From contig NC_089431.1 in the NCBI RefSeq assembly GCF_026210795.1, forward strand, positions 3,968,001-4,032,000: DNA of 64,000 nt, read 5' to 3'. The notes under the pieces are model-generated. The model saw nothing but the letters and a program-made list of their open reading frames with translations. It did no database searches and was not told where the DNA came from. The translations under genes were made by a program, and so were the position numbers. This DNA is from Rhizophagus irregularis (taxonomy: Eukaryota). Positions 27,136 through 37,291 of this stretch are shown here, one piece after another (positions within the stretch are counted from its first letter, which is position 1; each line of letters begins with the position of its first letter).

Positions 27136-28746
27136 ATGTCAAAAGGACACTTTACTCCTGGAAAACTTGTTGCTATTGGTAACCTGGTGCCAGAACTTCA
27201 TTATGGCCCTTTTTCACGAGATTGGTGGTATTATTCTGACTCCCAAATTCAAGATTCTAATACCTATGCTATTCCAATAAGACTCGGCTTTCAAGTTGCT
27301 TTAAAACTCAATCAAAAACACTTCATTATTAGAATAGTTCACAACTTAGAAAATCCAAATACACCAGGTTTTATTTGTGAAGGAGAAGGAATTAATAGTG
27401 GAGTTTGTTTTAGTTCTTCTGCTGCTATAAACACCATTTATGGACGCGTATTTGGTAATAAAAATAAAACAAAATATCCAGGAGCAACAATGTTAGGTTT
27501 TCATGATTCTTATATGATTCAACAAATGCTCAATGATGTGGATTTTCGTTTTTTTACAATTTGTTTATATAATATTACAATTTTTATAGCATCTATTCCA
27601 GATAATAATAATTACGAAGGGTTTGCAGCTAGTTTTATGTATAAATATAAACAAAAACAAAGTGTGATATGGCAGAAAATTGAGGGAGGATTATTTTCAA
27701 TTAGTATTTTTCAAAATGGTGAAATGGTAAAACAATTTCAAGACATAACAGCTTCTTCAGTTTGGAATCAAACCCAATTATTACGAAATTGTGATGGGAT
27801 CGATCTTTTTGGAATTAATCATCCACTCGTGCAGTTTAAATTTAAAGAATGATATGAAAGACTATTTTCTAAGACTTGCACTCTTGATGATTGGAATAAT
27901 AAAAGAATTATGCAATACATGTTCAAATTATATCTAAAAAAACATGTACCCGGAGATGATGAACTTTGGTATCGTATTTTAAATCGTTGGTATAATCAAA
28001 AAAGTACTATTATTGAAATAAAAAGCTTTATTCATGATTTTTATAATGATAATCATGAAATTAACATGCGTGAGCTTCGGGCATGGAGAGTAATGCTTGA
28101 AGCAATTGGATGTAAAAATATTACTCCATTTGAAAGGGACGTATCTGATGTAAGTATTATTATAAGAAATATTACATTATTTATTTATTATCTAATTACA
28201 AAATATCCTATAGATGGAATTTTGGAGTCGTGCTAAGGATCCTAAAGGTGATATTGAAACAATATCCAATTTGTTTTCAAATGGATTTTTGAATACTACG
28301 CTAAATTCAACAATTAGAAATGACGAATTTGAAAATTGTAAAGACACTGCAAATGTTTTTTGGTATTCATTATGTGAAAGTCTTGATGCCAATCCTAATG
28401 GTTCAAGTGGAAAAATTCGAATTTTATCAATAGTTGCGGAGAATTTCACTTATGAAGAATTGATGAAAAATTTACAGGTATGATAAATTATAATTGTATA
28501 ATAATACATACTAAATAAAAAATATGACTAAATACAAAATCTCACTTAGGTTTCGCCAAAAACAGTTCACGCTGCTCGTGAACATCATCATAAAAATGGT
28601 CCAGGTTGTAAGGCTCTTGATAAACCTATTATTGTTCGTAAACGAATGGCTGAAGTTAAAGAAAGAGAATTTGAATTATTTTTTGCTGATAAAGCAAACG
28701 TGAATATGAGTTCATATCATATTGACAAAAAAACACAATTACCCGT
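27136..28746 (+). pseudogene. Transposase gene, 5' part (premature TGA at 27850-27852; cut by the LTR element)
   Basis: ORFs 27136 and 27910 are in one frame across a single TGA. Introns 28150-28213 and 28478-28549. Exon VSPKTVHAAREHHHKNGPG...KKTQLP ends at the TSD. Confidence 0.75.
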
Positions 28747-29235
28747 TGTTAACAGGTCCGTCTCAGACTCTGTCAACTATAACTAAACGTTAGGGAGTCA
28801 ATAGCTATAACGTAGTTTATATCAGCAAGACACGCAAAAACACAATACGCAAAATATAACACAATCACAGTTCGTTTTTAATATAAGAGTTTATTAAATA
28901 GTTAATACAAGTTAATCCCTAACTTATACTATCTATTTTCTATCTATTTGACACACTGACACACTCACACTCTTAACTCAAGAAAAATCAAAAGATATTT
29001 ATACAAAAATAAAATATAAAGAGAATAATATAACTAAAATAAATAAAATAAATATAATAAATAAAAGAAATAATAAAAATAATAAAAATAACATAAATAA
29101 TATAAATAACAAAAATAATAATTGTAACGTTAATCAGATCTACAAAATTATTAGATTACATAATGATTGATCTACTAATTAATCATCTGATTTTTAAGTC
29201 ACGTGATTTTTACTGCGCCATGATCTTCGTTATCA
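28747..29235 (-). repeat. 3' LTR
   Basis: TGTTAACAGG...CGTTATCA; no difference from 36803-37291 seen by eye. Confidence 0.95.
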
Positions 29236-29250
29236 AATCTCCCTCACTAA
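29236..29250 (-). promoter_or_regulatory. Polypurine tract
   Basis: Minus strand TTAGTGAGGGAGATT immediately before the 3' LTR. Confidence 0.7.
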
Positions 29251-29636
29251 ATTTTGAGTTCCCACGAAAAATAATTAAAGTCAAAATTTTTTTTTTTTTT
29301 TTTTTCGTTTCACTTCACTTCACTCCCAACCCGCTAGTAAATGAAAAAACCGGTCATCCATGTAATACCAAAACAGTAGCCCTTAAAAGGGACACGAACC
29401 GAAGTCCATGTAAAGCTAAGGTATTAGCCTTCTCAAATGTGGCCATCAAATGATCAGGACACGGGTGACATCGATCCTGGGAAGAAATTCATCATCAATT
29501 TAAAAGAAAATCATGAATTATGGGATCGGGATGGGCTGGTAAATCATCGGAAAATTGTTGTAAGTCTTTTCTATAAATATTGAAAATCTGGTGACCTAAT
29601 TAAGATTTTTCTCGTCTCCTTTCTTTTCTCGTCATC

Positions 29637-30338
29637 ATGGTATACAAGAAATACAATAACCAGAAATCTACACCAAGAGAACGTATCAAACTAACTAAAA
29701 AGAAGAATAAATGTGTCTCTCAAAAAAACCATAATAAGCATTTTTTTGTTCGCAAGTCTAAGAAAGAAAAGGAAGAAGGAAAGGAAACGCAAAAATTATC
29801 ACAAAGGGCAGTTCGAGTGGCTTCTGAATTTTTTCTTCAAAACAGGGAACTTCGTGAAGAAATAATTCAACTACGTCAAGAAGTTCAAGAACTTCAGGAG
29901 GAAGTACAAGTCCGGGAAGATTTTTCGATTATAAAATCTTCTCAAGAATCTCAGGTGCGACAAGAACTTCAACAACAAGTTCAACAACTGCAACAACAAT
30001 TATCGTCACTCCAGGAGCAACTCCAAGAAGCTTCGTCACGTGACGAATTAGTTGAACAACAACAAGCTTCTCTTCCTCTTACTAATTCCGAACAGTATCA
30101 ACTGGTCGCTGAGAATGAAATTATGTTGAATGATATCCAGGAACGTGACGATTTCATTCAACGGCTTAAAAATGAGAGAGTAAATGAACATCTTGCTTTT
30201 CGTCGGCAAATTTCAGCTTTGAAGGAAAATTGCAATAGGTTGCGTCGGGAAAGAAATGCTGCACACCATAGGGCTGAAGGGATGATAGTTTTGCTTAGAA
30301 ATAGAGATAATTCTCGTAATCCTCCTTCTTCCATATAA
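29637..30338 (+). CDS. Antisense accessory ORF of the LTR element: basic N-terminus plus long coiled coil, 233 aa
   Basis: Uninterrupted 702-nt ORF; Lys/Arg-rich first ~50 aa; heptad pattern ELREEIIQLRQEVQEL; TATAAATA at ~29572. Confidence 0.7.
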   Translation: MVYKKYNNQKSTPRERIKLTKKKNKCVSQKNHNKHFFVRKSKKEKEEGKETQKLSQRAVRVASEFFLQNRELREEIIQLRQEVQELQEEVQVREDFSIIKSSQESQVRQELQQQVQQLQQQLSSLQEQLQEASSRDELVEQQQASLPLTNSEQYQLVAENEIMLNDIQERDDFIQRLKNERVNEHLAFRRQISALKENCNRLRRERNAAHHRAEGMIVLLRNRDNSRNPPSSI

Positions 30339-30594
30339 TTTTCTTTTCTATTATGTAATCATCTTTTATTATTTTGTTATATAATAAATATAATATATAT
30401 ATGATAAAAAAAATTTTTTTTTTTTTTTTTTTTTATAAAATTTTGTAAATTTTCTGGGGCATTGAGTCGCATATTCATGCTGATCATTTTTGATCAGTTT
30501 GTTCAACATAAAAACTAATTTGATTTGTCGATCGTCATTGATTTCTAATTTTGTCAATCATTCACGATTAATTTATCGATTTTAAGGATTATCA

Positions 30595-30996
30595 TTAACT
30601 AAATTCAGCTCCACATAATAATCGAAATTCTTGTGACTTTAACTTTTTCAACATCATAAAAGTTACTGATTTTGTTCTGAATATTTGTTCTACTCCTATA
30701 TTAAGAAAAATATGATAGGTTCTAATACATCCTTGATAAAAGTGTGTCGTCATTCTAGATCTAAATAAAGTTTTCTGAGCACGTGATAATATTTGATTTT
30801 CTAATAATTGTCCAAGTTTATAAGCATAAAATAAAGTGTATTGTCTCCTTTTTAGTCGTGAATATCTTTGTAATAATTGATAGTATTGGATAAATTTTTG
30901 GTCTGATGATGATTCGCCATTTACAGGATCTACAGGAAAAATTATTTCTATTGGTTCAATTTCCATTAAATCGTTGAAAATATCTACTGGAGTCAT
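30595..30996 (-). CDS. Sense accessory ORF of the LTR element, 133 aa, unknown function
   Basis: Starts 19 nt after the integrase stop; globular, non-repetitive composition (YAYKLGQLLE, RTYHIF, GVEQIFRT). Confidence 0.65.
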   Translation of the reverse strand: MTPVDIFNDLMEIEPIEIIFPVDPVNGESSSDQKFIQYYQLLQRYSRLKRRQYTLFYAYKLGQLLENQILSRAQKTLFRSRMTTHFYQGCIRTYHIFLNIGVEQIFRTKSVTFMMLKKLKSQEFRLLCGAEFS

Positions 30997-31015
30997 TTTG
31001 AAAATTATTTCTTAT

Positions 31016-32308
31016 TTACTGAACGTCTAGTCTTTTTATATTATTTATAACAACCATAGGTTGCCAATTTTGTCGATCATGATATAATTTAAGTAACGTT
31101 CCATTAACTGGAGTTATTAAAACTCGTCCTTCCAAAGTTCTTAATTTGTATGATCCATTTAATAAAACTTGATGGATGTAAAATGGTCCTTTCCATTTAG
31201 GGTCTAATTTTCCAGACCATTGTTTTTCTTTAGCTGCATTAAAATAAAGAACTTTGTCTCCTATTTGGTAAGAAATATTTTTCTTTAATTTTGCGTCATG
31301 TCGATCCTTTTGTTTCTGCTGTGATTTATTGATCTGCACACGTACCTCTTCTCTGATTTGTGGTACATCATCAATTAAATGTTTGACACGTTTTAATAAA
31401 GTATCAGAATTATTACACAAATTATCATCATTATCTATTGGTAATTTTGCTGATCGTCCATATACTAAAAAGAAAGGTTCTATTTTTGTTGAAGAATTTT
31501 TACTGGTTCTATATGCAAATAAAATTGGTGCGATAAATAAATCCCATTCATCAGTATCTGTTGCAGTTTTTGCTAAAGCTTCGCATAGTGTTCTATTAAA
31601 TCGTTCCACTAATCCATTTGTTTGTGGATGATAAGGAGTAGAAAAATGATGTTTAATTTGAAATCGCTGGGTAAGACTGTCGATCATTTTATTATTGAAA
31701 TGAGATCCTCTATCTGATAAAATTCTTGAAGGACATCCATGTTGACAAATAATATTTTCATAAATAAAGGTAGCAACATTTTCTGCTGTAGCTTCTGATA
31801 AGGCTTTCGCTTCAGGCCATTTTGTTAAATAATCTATTGCGACTACAATATATCTATTACCTTTTTTAGAGCATGGTAAAGGTCCTACTATATCTATTCC
31901 AATTTGATAAAAAGGTTCAAAGGCAGGTATTGGGTGTAATGGTTCTGTTCTTTTATACTTTCCCCTTCTTTGACATTGATCACATGCTTGAACATACGCT
32001 CTTATATTTTCATACATTTGAGGCCAGTAATACCTGGAACGTATTTTCTCAAACATTATATCTGTAGCAAAATGTCTAGCTGTTGGATCATTATGCATCA
32101 TAAAAAGAACAGGTTCTGCTTCATAGTTTCTGATTACTCTGAGTAAATTGTTTTGTTGTCTTTTGTCTATTTTGTAGATAAAGTTATTTTTGATGATAAA
32201 ATTTTTAGAAAAATTAATAAATTTGCGCTTTTGTTGTGTTGTTAAATTTGGTGGTAGTTGTTGTGATTGTAAATATTGATAAAGGTTTTGGTATTGTTGT
32301 AGTTCCAT
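31016..32308 (-). CDS. Stand-alone retroviral-type integrase, 430 aa
   Basis: H-x6-H...CDQC zinc motif, IGIDIVGPLP, SDRGSHF, YHPQTNGLVERFN (DDE) and the GPY/F motif KLDPKWKGPF; own ATG. Confidence 0.93.
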   Translation of the reverse strand: MELQQYQNLYQYLQSQQLPPNLTTQQKRKFINFSKNFIIKNNFIYKIDKRQQNNLLRVIRNYEAEPVLFMMHNDPTARHFATDIMFEKIRSRYYWPQMYENIRAYVQACDQCQRRGKYKRTEPLHPIPAFEPFYQIGIDIVGPLPCSKKGNRYIVVAIDYLTKWPEAKALSEATAENVATFIYENIICQHGCPSRILSDRGSHFNNKMIDSLTQRFQIKHHFSTPYHPQTNGLVERFNRTLCEALAKTATDTDEWDLFIAPILFAYRTSKNSSTKIEPFFLVYGRSAKLPIDNDDNLCNNSDTLLKRVKHLIDDVPQIREEVRVQINKSQQKQKDRHDAKLKKNISYQIGDKVLYFNAAKEKQWSGKLDPKWKGPFYIHQVLLNGSYKLRTLEGRVLITPVNGTLLKLYHDRQNWQPMVVINNIKRLDVQ

Positions 32309-32431
32309 ATTGTTTTGATTGATTATTATTAAAGGTTTTGTTGTTTTAATTGGTTAATAATTGAATTGGATAATTGTATAGATAATAAATAAATAATAAT
32401 AATAAATAATAAAATAAAAAAAAAAGAAAAT

Positions 32432-35400
32432 TTAATAAAGATGGGAAAAGAAATTAAATCGATATTTCCTTTGAGAGTGTTCCCAAAATGGTTCATTAAT
32501 TAAATATTCAGGTTTAAATTCAGGTTGAATAATGTTGAATTTCTTAGGAATTCTTTGTGGTCTACTATATCCATCATTTTGTACTTCATAAATATTCTTT
32601 TCTTCGCCAATAATTGCTAGAAAACATTCAGCTGAATTAATAGGTTCTTCTGTTGGATTAATTCTTGAGAGAGCATCTGCATTGGCATTGGCTTTTCCAG
32701 CTCTATGCTGAATAGTAAAATCATATTGCTGTAGTTGCATAATCCATCTCGCTCTCCTTCCAGTTGGAATTTTTGAAGTTTGTAACCATTTGAGGGCAGA
32801 ATGGTCAGTAACTACTGAGAAAGGTAATAATCCTAAATAATGCTGAAAATAATTAATTGCCCATACAATAGCCAAACATTCTAGGTCTGTTACAGCATAG
32901 TTTTGTTCATGTTTATTTAAACTTCTACTTGCATAAGCAACTACATATTCTTTTCCTTCTTTATCTTTTTGAGAGAGTACAGCTCCTAATCCTGTTCCAG
33001 AAGCATCAGTATATAAAATAAAAGGTTGTTCAAAGTCGGGATACCTCAAAATAGGTGCTGAGATTAATCTTTCTTTCAGGTGTTCAAATGCTTTCTGTTG
33101 CTTCTCTGTCCATTGAAATGGAGTTTCTTTTTGTAATAACTTAGAGATAGGCTTCGCAATTTTAGAAAAATCCTTGATAAATTTTCTGTAATAGGAGAAT
33201 AATCCTAAAGCCGATCTAATTTCAGTAACAGAGGTGGGTGCAGGAAAATTTCTAATCTTCTCTATTTTTGAAGGATCAACTCTTATACCATCTCTTCCTA
33301 CGATATGTCCAAGGAAAGCAATACTAGGAAGGCAAAAATAACATTTCTTCAGCTTAATTTTTAAATTAGCATTTCTGAGCGCTTGGAAAACTTGAGTAAT
33401 ATTATCCAGATGTTGTTCAAAGGTCTTTGAGTAAATAATTATGTCATCTAAATAAACAGCCACGAATTTTCCCAAAAACTCTTGTAATATATAGTTCATT
33501 AACCTTTGGAAGGTTCCTGGAGCATTCCTCAATCCAAAAGGCATGACGTTGAATTCATATAATCCAAAATCTGTTATAAAAGCTGTTTTTTCCTTGTCTT
33601 TAGGATCCATTTCCACTTGCCAAAAGCCACTAGCAAGGTCTAATGTAGAGAACCAATTAGCAGTTCTGAAGGATTCAAGCAAATCATCGATACGAGGTAA
33701 GGGATATGCGTCAGGTTTTGTAACTTTATTGAGCGGTCTATAATCAACACACATTCGCAGGTCTCCTCCTTTCTTGTCTACTATTACTACTGGTGCAGCC
33801 CATGGGCTCATGGATTTCTTTATCATTCCTTGTTGTTCCAACTTCTTTATTTCTTCTCTAAGGAATTCTTTCTTCTTAGGGTTAGTTCTGTAGGGACTTC
33901 TTGCTTGAGGTGCAGCGTCTCCAGTGTGGATTTGATGTTTAATTAATCCAGTTCTCCCAATATCAGTCTGGCTCTTTGCACAAATATCTTCATTGTTGTT
34001 CAATACTTGTTGGAATTGTGTCTGTTGATGATCTGTAAGCGGTCCGACATGTAGGTCTTTTTGGATATTCCACTCATTTCCTTTTTCTGCTTGAGCTAAG
34101 AATAGTGCAGGATTATCAGTTTTATCTTCATCATCTTCAGTTAGGTAATCATTTAAAATATCTTCTAATAAATTATATTGGTCAGGACTTTCCTCCTTTT
34201 CATCCCAAGGGTTATAGTTTAGTGGTTGTTGATACCATTGTTCCCATATTTCTTCATCTTCACTTGATTCACTATTAAGAAGGTGAATCTCTTTTTCAAT
34301 TAGGTCATCCTCATACTCATATTCATCAAAAATTTCGTCTATTTCATTGTCAATTTCTTCTTCTTGGAAAGATACATATCTGGGAACTTCTCCAATATGA
34401 ATTGAAATAGGTGCAAGAATAGTTTTAGCTAGGAAAGTCAATTGAACTGATTTATTATTGAAATCAAGTACAGCTCTGGTACGCCTAAACCAGTCAGTTC
34501 CTAAGAGTAGGGTTTCATCCTTTGAGTCAATAACATGGAAAGTGGTAGGGATAAGGAGAGTTTGAATTACTATAGGTACTTTTTCTATTTGTCCTAAGGC
34601 TCTGTTTCTTGTCCCATCCGCAGTGACTACAATAGTGTTGGAGGGTTTAGTGATTTCCAATCTCAACTTTCGAGCAAGAGATTTGGTGATAACACAAACA
34701 GCAGCTCCTGAATCTAAAATTGCATAAACAGGATCTCCTTTAATTCTCACTGCACATTTCACAGCAGTGGTGTCTCTAGTATCACTTTCTTCTGAATCAG
34801 AGATTCTATCTACATAGTTAGTTTCTTGAGTCTTAGGTGGTCTTCTCAAAATTCTGGCAAAATCTTTCTTTTGGTCGTTATATTTCAAAAGTTGTCCAAT
34901 CTTTGCTGAAGATGGCATATTTAATATGTCATCTGAAATGCGATAAGGAGGCATCTGTTCAATAATTGAGGGCATTCTTGGGGTTCTTTTAACAGTTCTT
35001 TTTGGTGGGACAGCAGGAGTAGCAGTTGTTTCAATAACTTCATCCATTGGAATATTGATATTTTGTCTTGGTTGGGGTCTTCTCAATCTCTGTTCTTGTT
35101 GTGATTCAGATGAAATAATATTTTCTACAGCTCTTGGTTGTTTAGGTTTTGGCCTATAGTTAGTGGTTGGTTGAGATCTAGAACGAGTAGTGACATAGGC
35201 TTCAGCTTCCTCATAATTGTCATCGTAATAATCTTGATAATATTCATCTTCATAATAATTATCATAAGAATCATAAGTTTCTTCATATGTTTCCAAATAA
35301 TGAGCATCTCTTCTTTGAGGTCTTCTTGCATTTCTTTCTGACATACAATCTCTAGCGTAATGTCCTTTTTCTCCACATCTGTAACATTCGATATCTCTTA

Positions 35401-36769
35401 TATCAGTTCTGGGTCTATTAGGTCTGAAAGTTTGGGTTAAATTATTTGGTTGAGTATATCTCGCAGGTTGGATTCTTCTAACAGGTTGTGGTTGAATGGG
35501 TTGAGTTTGAGCTAATAAAGCACTAGATAAATTTGCATAGTTAAGTGAAAGTTTCTGCATTTGTTGAGTTAATGCTTCAATTGCTTCCATTTGAGGACTT
35601 TCAGTTTTTGCAGGTGTGGTTGATACAGTAGCTACTTTAGTAGCAATTCCAGTAACACTTGGTCCTAAATGTGCGTAATTTAATCCAGTTTCAACTTTTC
35701 TTGCATTACTAATGACAGCGGCTAAAGTATCAGCATTTTGTAAATGTACCATAGGAGTGATAGTAGGAGTTAATCCAAAAAGAAACATTCTAATTTTCTG
35801 AGCATCAGGAATAGCATTGGTAGTATCAACTCTCTTTAATAACCTTTGGAATTTAGTGGCATAATCATCTACTGTTTCATTACTACCTTGTCTTAAGGTG
35901 AGTAATTCCTGATACCATTTATTTTTGCGAGTATCATTTGCAAAATATCCTGTAAAAAGATCTGTAAAGTTATTGCCAGTATTTTGTCCAGTTGCCCAGT
36001 TGTTACCCATTGTAGCAGAACTATTATCATACCAATCAGATGCAGCACCTCTTAGATAAGAAGCTGCAACTGCTAGTTTTCTTTCAGGAGTAGTCCAACC
36101 ATTAGTAGCAGCAGCCTTTTCAAAAATTGCTAACCATTCGATAGGATCTTCATCTTCTTTTCCAGAGAAGGGTTCAATTTTCGCAATATTACTTCCTCTA
36201 CTCAAAAGATTGGCAGCATTATTACCAAAAACAGTTTGCAAAGCATTGGTGATAGCAGCTTCGTCAGCCATATTTTGATTATAAACAGAAGGGTTATCTA
36301 TAAAATTATTAGGGTTATTATTTCTTTCAGTTTGGATGTCAGTATTAAGTTGAGCAACTAATTGAGGTGTAACAGGATTATTAAAACAGTTTGTTCTATA
36401 AGTAAGATTGAAGAAGAAAAATACTAGATTTCTGATAGGATCAGGTCTTTGCTGGTATCTAATACTAAAAAGTAGTTTACTAGATAGGATTAAAACTTGG
36501 AGTCCTTTGATTCTATTGTTATCTAATTGAAATGCTTGACAGAAGATAGGTAAAGCCCTTATAGTGTAGGAGGTATAACTAACTGCAAAGAAGTAGTTAC
36601 TAATCCAATTCCAGAAATTTTGAAAGGCAGGTGGTAAAACAAGAGGTGGAGGATAACAGATACGACAAGAATGATCTACAGTAGTAGGTGGATTTATATT
36701 TGAAAGATGTTGAGCAGTATGGCGAATAGTTAATTGTAATTGTTGTTCGAAATGATCTTGTATGGTCAT
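32432..36769 (-). CDS. Gag-protease-reverse transcriptase-RNase H polyprotein, 1445 aa
   Basis: Gag FSGKEDEDPIEWL, zinc knuckle CYRCGEKGHYARDC, protease ILDSGA, RT MPFGLRNAP and YLDD, RNase H YTDASG, TDHSAL and ADALSR. Confidence 0.96.
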   Translation of the reverse strand: MTIQDHFEQQLQLTIRHTAQHLSNINPPTTVDHSCRICYPPPLVLPPAFQNFWNWISNYFFAVSYTSYTIRALPIFCQAFQLDNNRIKGLQVLILSSKLLFSIRYQQRPDPIRNLVFFFFNLTYRTNCFNNPVTPQLVAQLNTDIQTERNNNPNNFIDNPSVYNQNMADEAAITNALQTVFGNNAANLLSRGSNIAKIEPFSGKEDEDPIEWLAIFEKAAATNGWTTPERKLAVAASYLRGAASDWYDNSSATMGNNWATGQNTGNNFTDLFTGYFANDTRKNKWYQELLTLRQGSNETVDDYATKFQRLLKRVDTTNAIPDAQKIRMFLFGLTPTITPMVHLQNADTLAAVISNARKVETGLNYAHLGPSVTGIATKVATVSTTPAKTESPQMEAIEALTQQMQKLSLNYANLSSALLAQTQPIQPQPVRRIQPARYTQPNNLTQTFRPNRPRTDIRDIECYRCGEKGHYARDCMSERNARRPQRRDAHYLETYEETYDSYDNYYEDEYYQDYYDDNYEEAEAYVTTRSRSQPTTNYRPKPKQPRAVENIISSESQQEQRLRRPQPRQNINIPMDEVIETTATPAVPPKRTVKRTPRMPSIIEQMPPYRISDDILNMPSSAKIGQLLKYNDQKKDFARILRRPPKTQETNYVDRISDSEESDTRDTTAVKCAVRIKGDPVYAILDSGAAVCVITKSLARKLRLEITKPSNTIVVTADGTRNRALGQIEKVPIVIQTLLIPTTFHVIDSKDETLLLGTDWFRRTRAVLDFNNKSVQLTFLAKTILAPISIHIGEVPRYVSFQEEEIDNEIDEIFDEYEYEDDLIEKEIHLLNSESSEDEEIWEQWYQQPLNYNPWDEKEESPDQYNLLEDILNDYLTEDDEDKTDNPALFLAQAEKGNEWNIQKDLHVGPLTDHQQTQFQQVLNNNEDICAKSQTDIGRTGLIKHQIHTGDAAPQARSPYRTNPKKKEFLREEIKKLEQQGMIKKSMSPWAAPVVIVDKKGGDLRMCVDYRPLNKVTKPDAYPLPRIDDLLESFRTANWFSTLDLASGFWQVEMDPKDKEKTAFITDFGLYEFNVMPFGLRNAPGTFQRLMNYILQEFLGKFVAVYLDDIIIYSKTFEQHLDNITQVFQALRNANLKIKLKKCYFCLPSIAFLGHIVGRDGIRVDPSKIEKIRNFPAPTSVTEIRSALGLFSYYRKFIKDFSKIAKPISKLLQKETPFQWTEKQQKAFEHLKERLISAPILRYPDFEQPFILYTDASGTGLGAVLSQKDKEGKEYVVAYASRSLNKHEQNYAVTDLECLAIVWAINYFQHYLGLLPFSVVTDHSALKWLQTSKIPTGRRARWIMQLQQYDFTIQHRAGKANANADALSRINPTEEPINSAECFLAIIGEEKNIYEVQNDGYSRPQRIPKKFNIIQPEFKPEYLINEPFWEHSQRKYRFNFFSHLY

Positions 36770-36782
36770 AAATCTCTTATGA

Positions 36783-36799
36783 CCTGGCAGGAATCACCA
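36783..36799 (-). promoter_or_regulatory. Primer-binding site
   Basis: Minus strand TGGTGATTCCTGCCAGG, 3 nt after the 5' LTR; complementary to a tRNA ending CCTGGCAGGAATCACCA (tentatively tRNA-Arg, not verified). Confidence 0.75.
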
Positions 36800-36802
36800 C
36801 TT

Positions 36803-37291
36803 TGTTAACAGGTCCGTCTCAGACTCTGTCAACTATAACTAAACGTTAGGGAGTCAATAGCTATAACGTAGTTTATATCAGCAAGACACGCAAAAACACA
36901 ATACGCAAAATATAACACAATCACAGTTCGTTTTTAATATAAGAGTTTATTAAATAGTTAATACAAGTTAATCCCTAACTTATACTATCTATTTTCTATC
37001 TATTTGACACACTGACACACTCACACTCTTAACTCAAGAAAAATCAAAAGATATTTATACAAAAATAAAATATAAAGAGAATAATATAACTAAAATAAAT
37101 AAAATAAATATAATAAATAAAAGAAATAATAAAAATAATAAAAATAACATAAATAATATAAATAACAAAAATAATAATTGTAACGTTAATCAGATCTACA
37201 AAATTATTAGATTACATAATGATTGATCTACTAATTAATCATCTGATTTTTAAGTCACGTGATTTTTACTGCGCCATGATCTTCGTTATCA
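36803..37291 (-). repeat. 5' LTR
   Basis: Direct repeat of 28747-29235, adjacent to the PBS. Confidence 0.95.

Larger units (their letters stand above)
28747..37291 (-). mobile_element. Full-length Ty3/Gypsy LTR retrotransposon, 8545 bp
   Basis: Two 489-bp TG...CA LTRs, 4-bp TSD CCGT (28743-28746, 37292-37295), PBS, PPT and Gag-PR-RT-RH then IN order. Confidence 0.97.

Noticed and set aside
29163..29453. ORFs beginning MIDLLINHLIFKSRDF (also 37219-37533)
   Set aside because: They start inside the LTR; the second only runs by chance into the interrupted transposase frame.
29637..30996. env gene in the LTR element
   Set aside because: Neither extra ORF has a signal peptide or transmembrane anchor.
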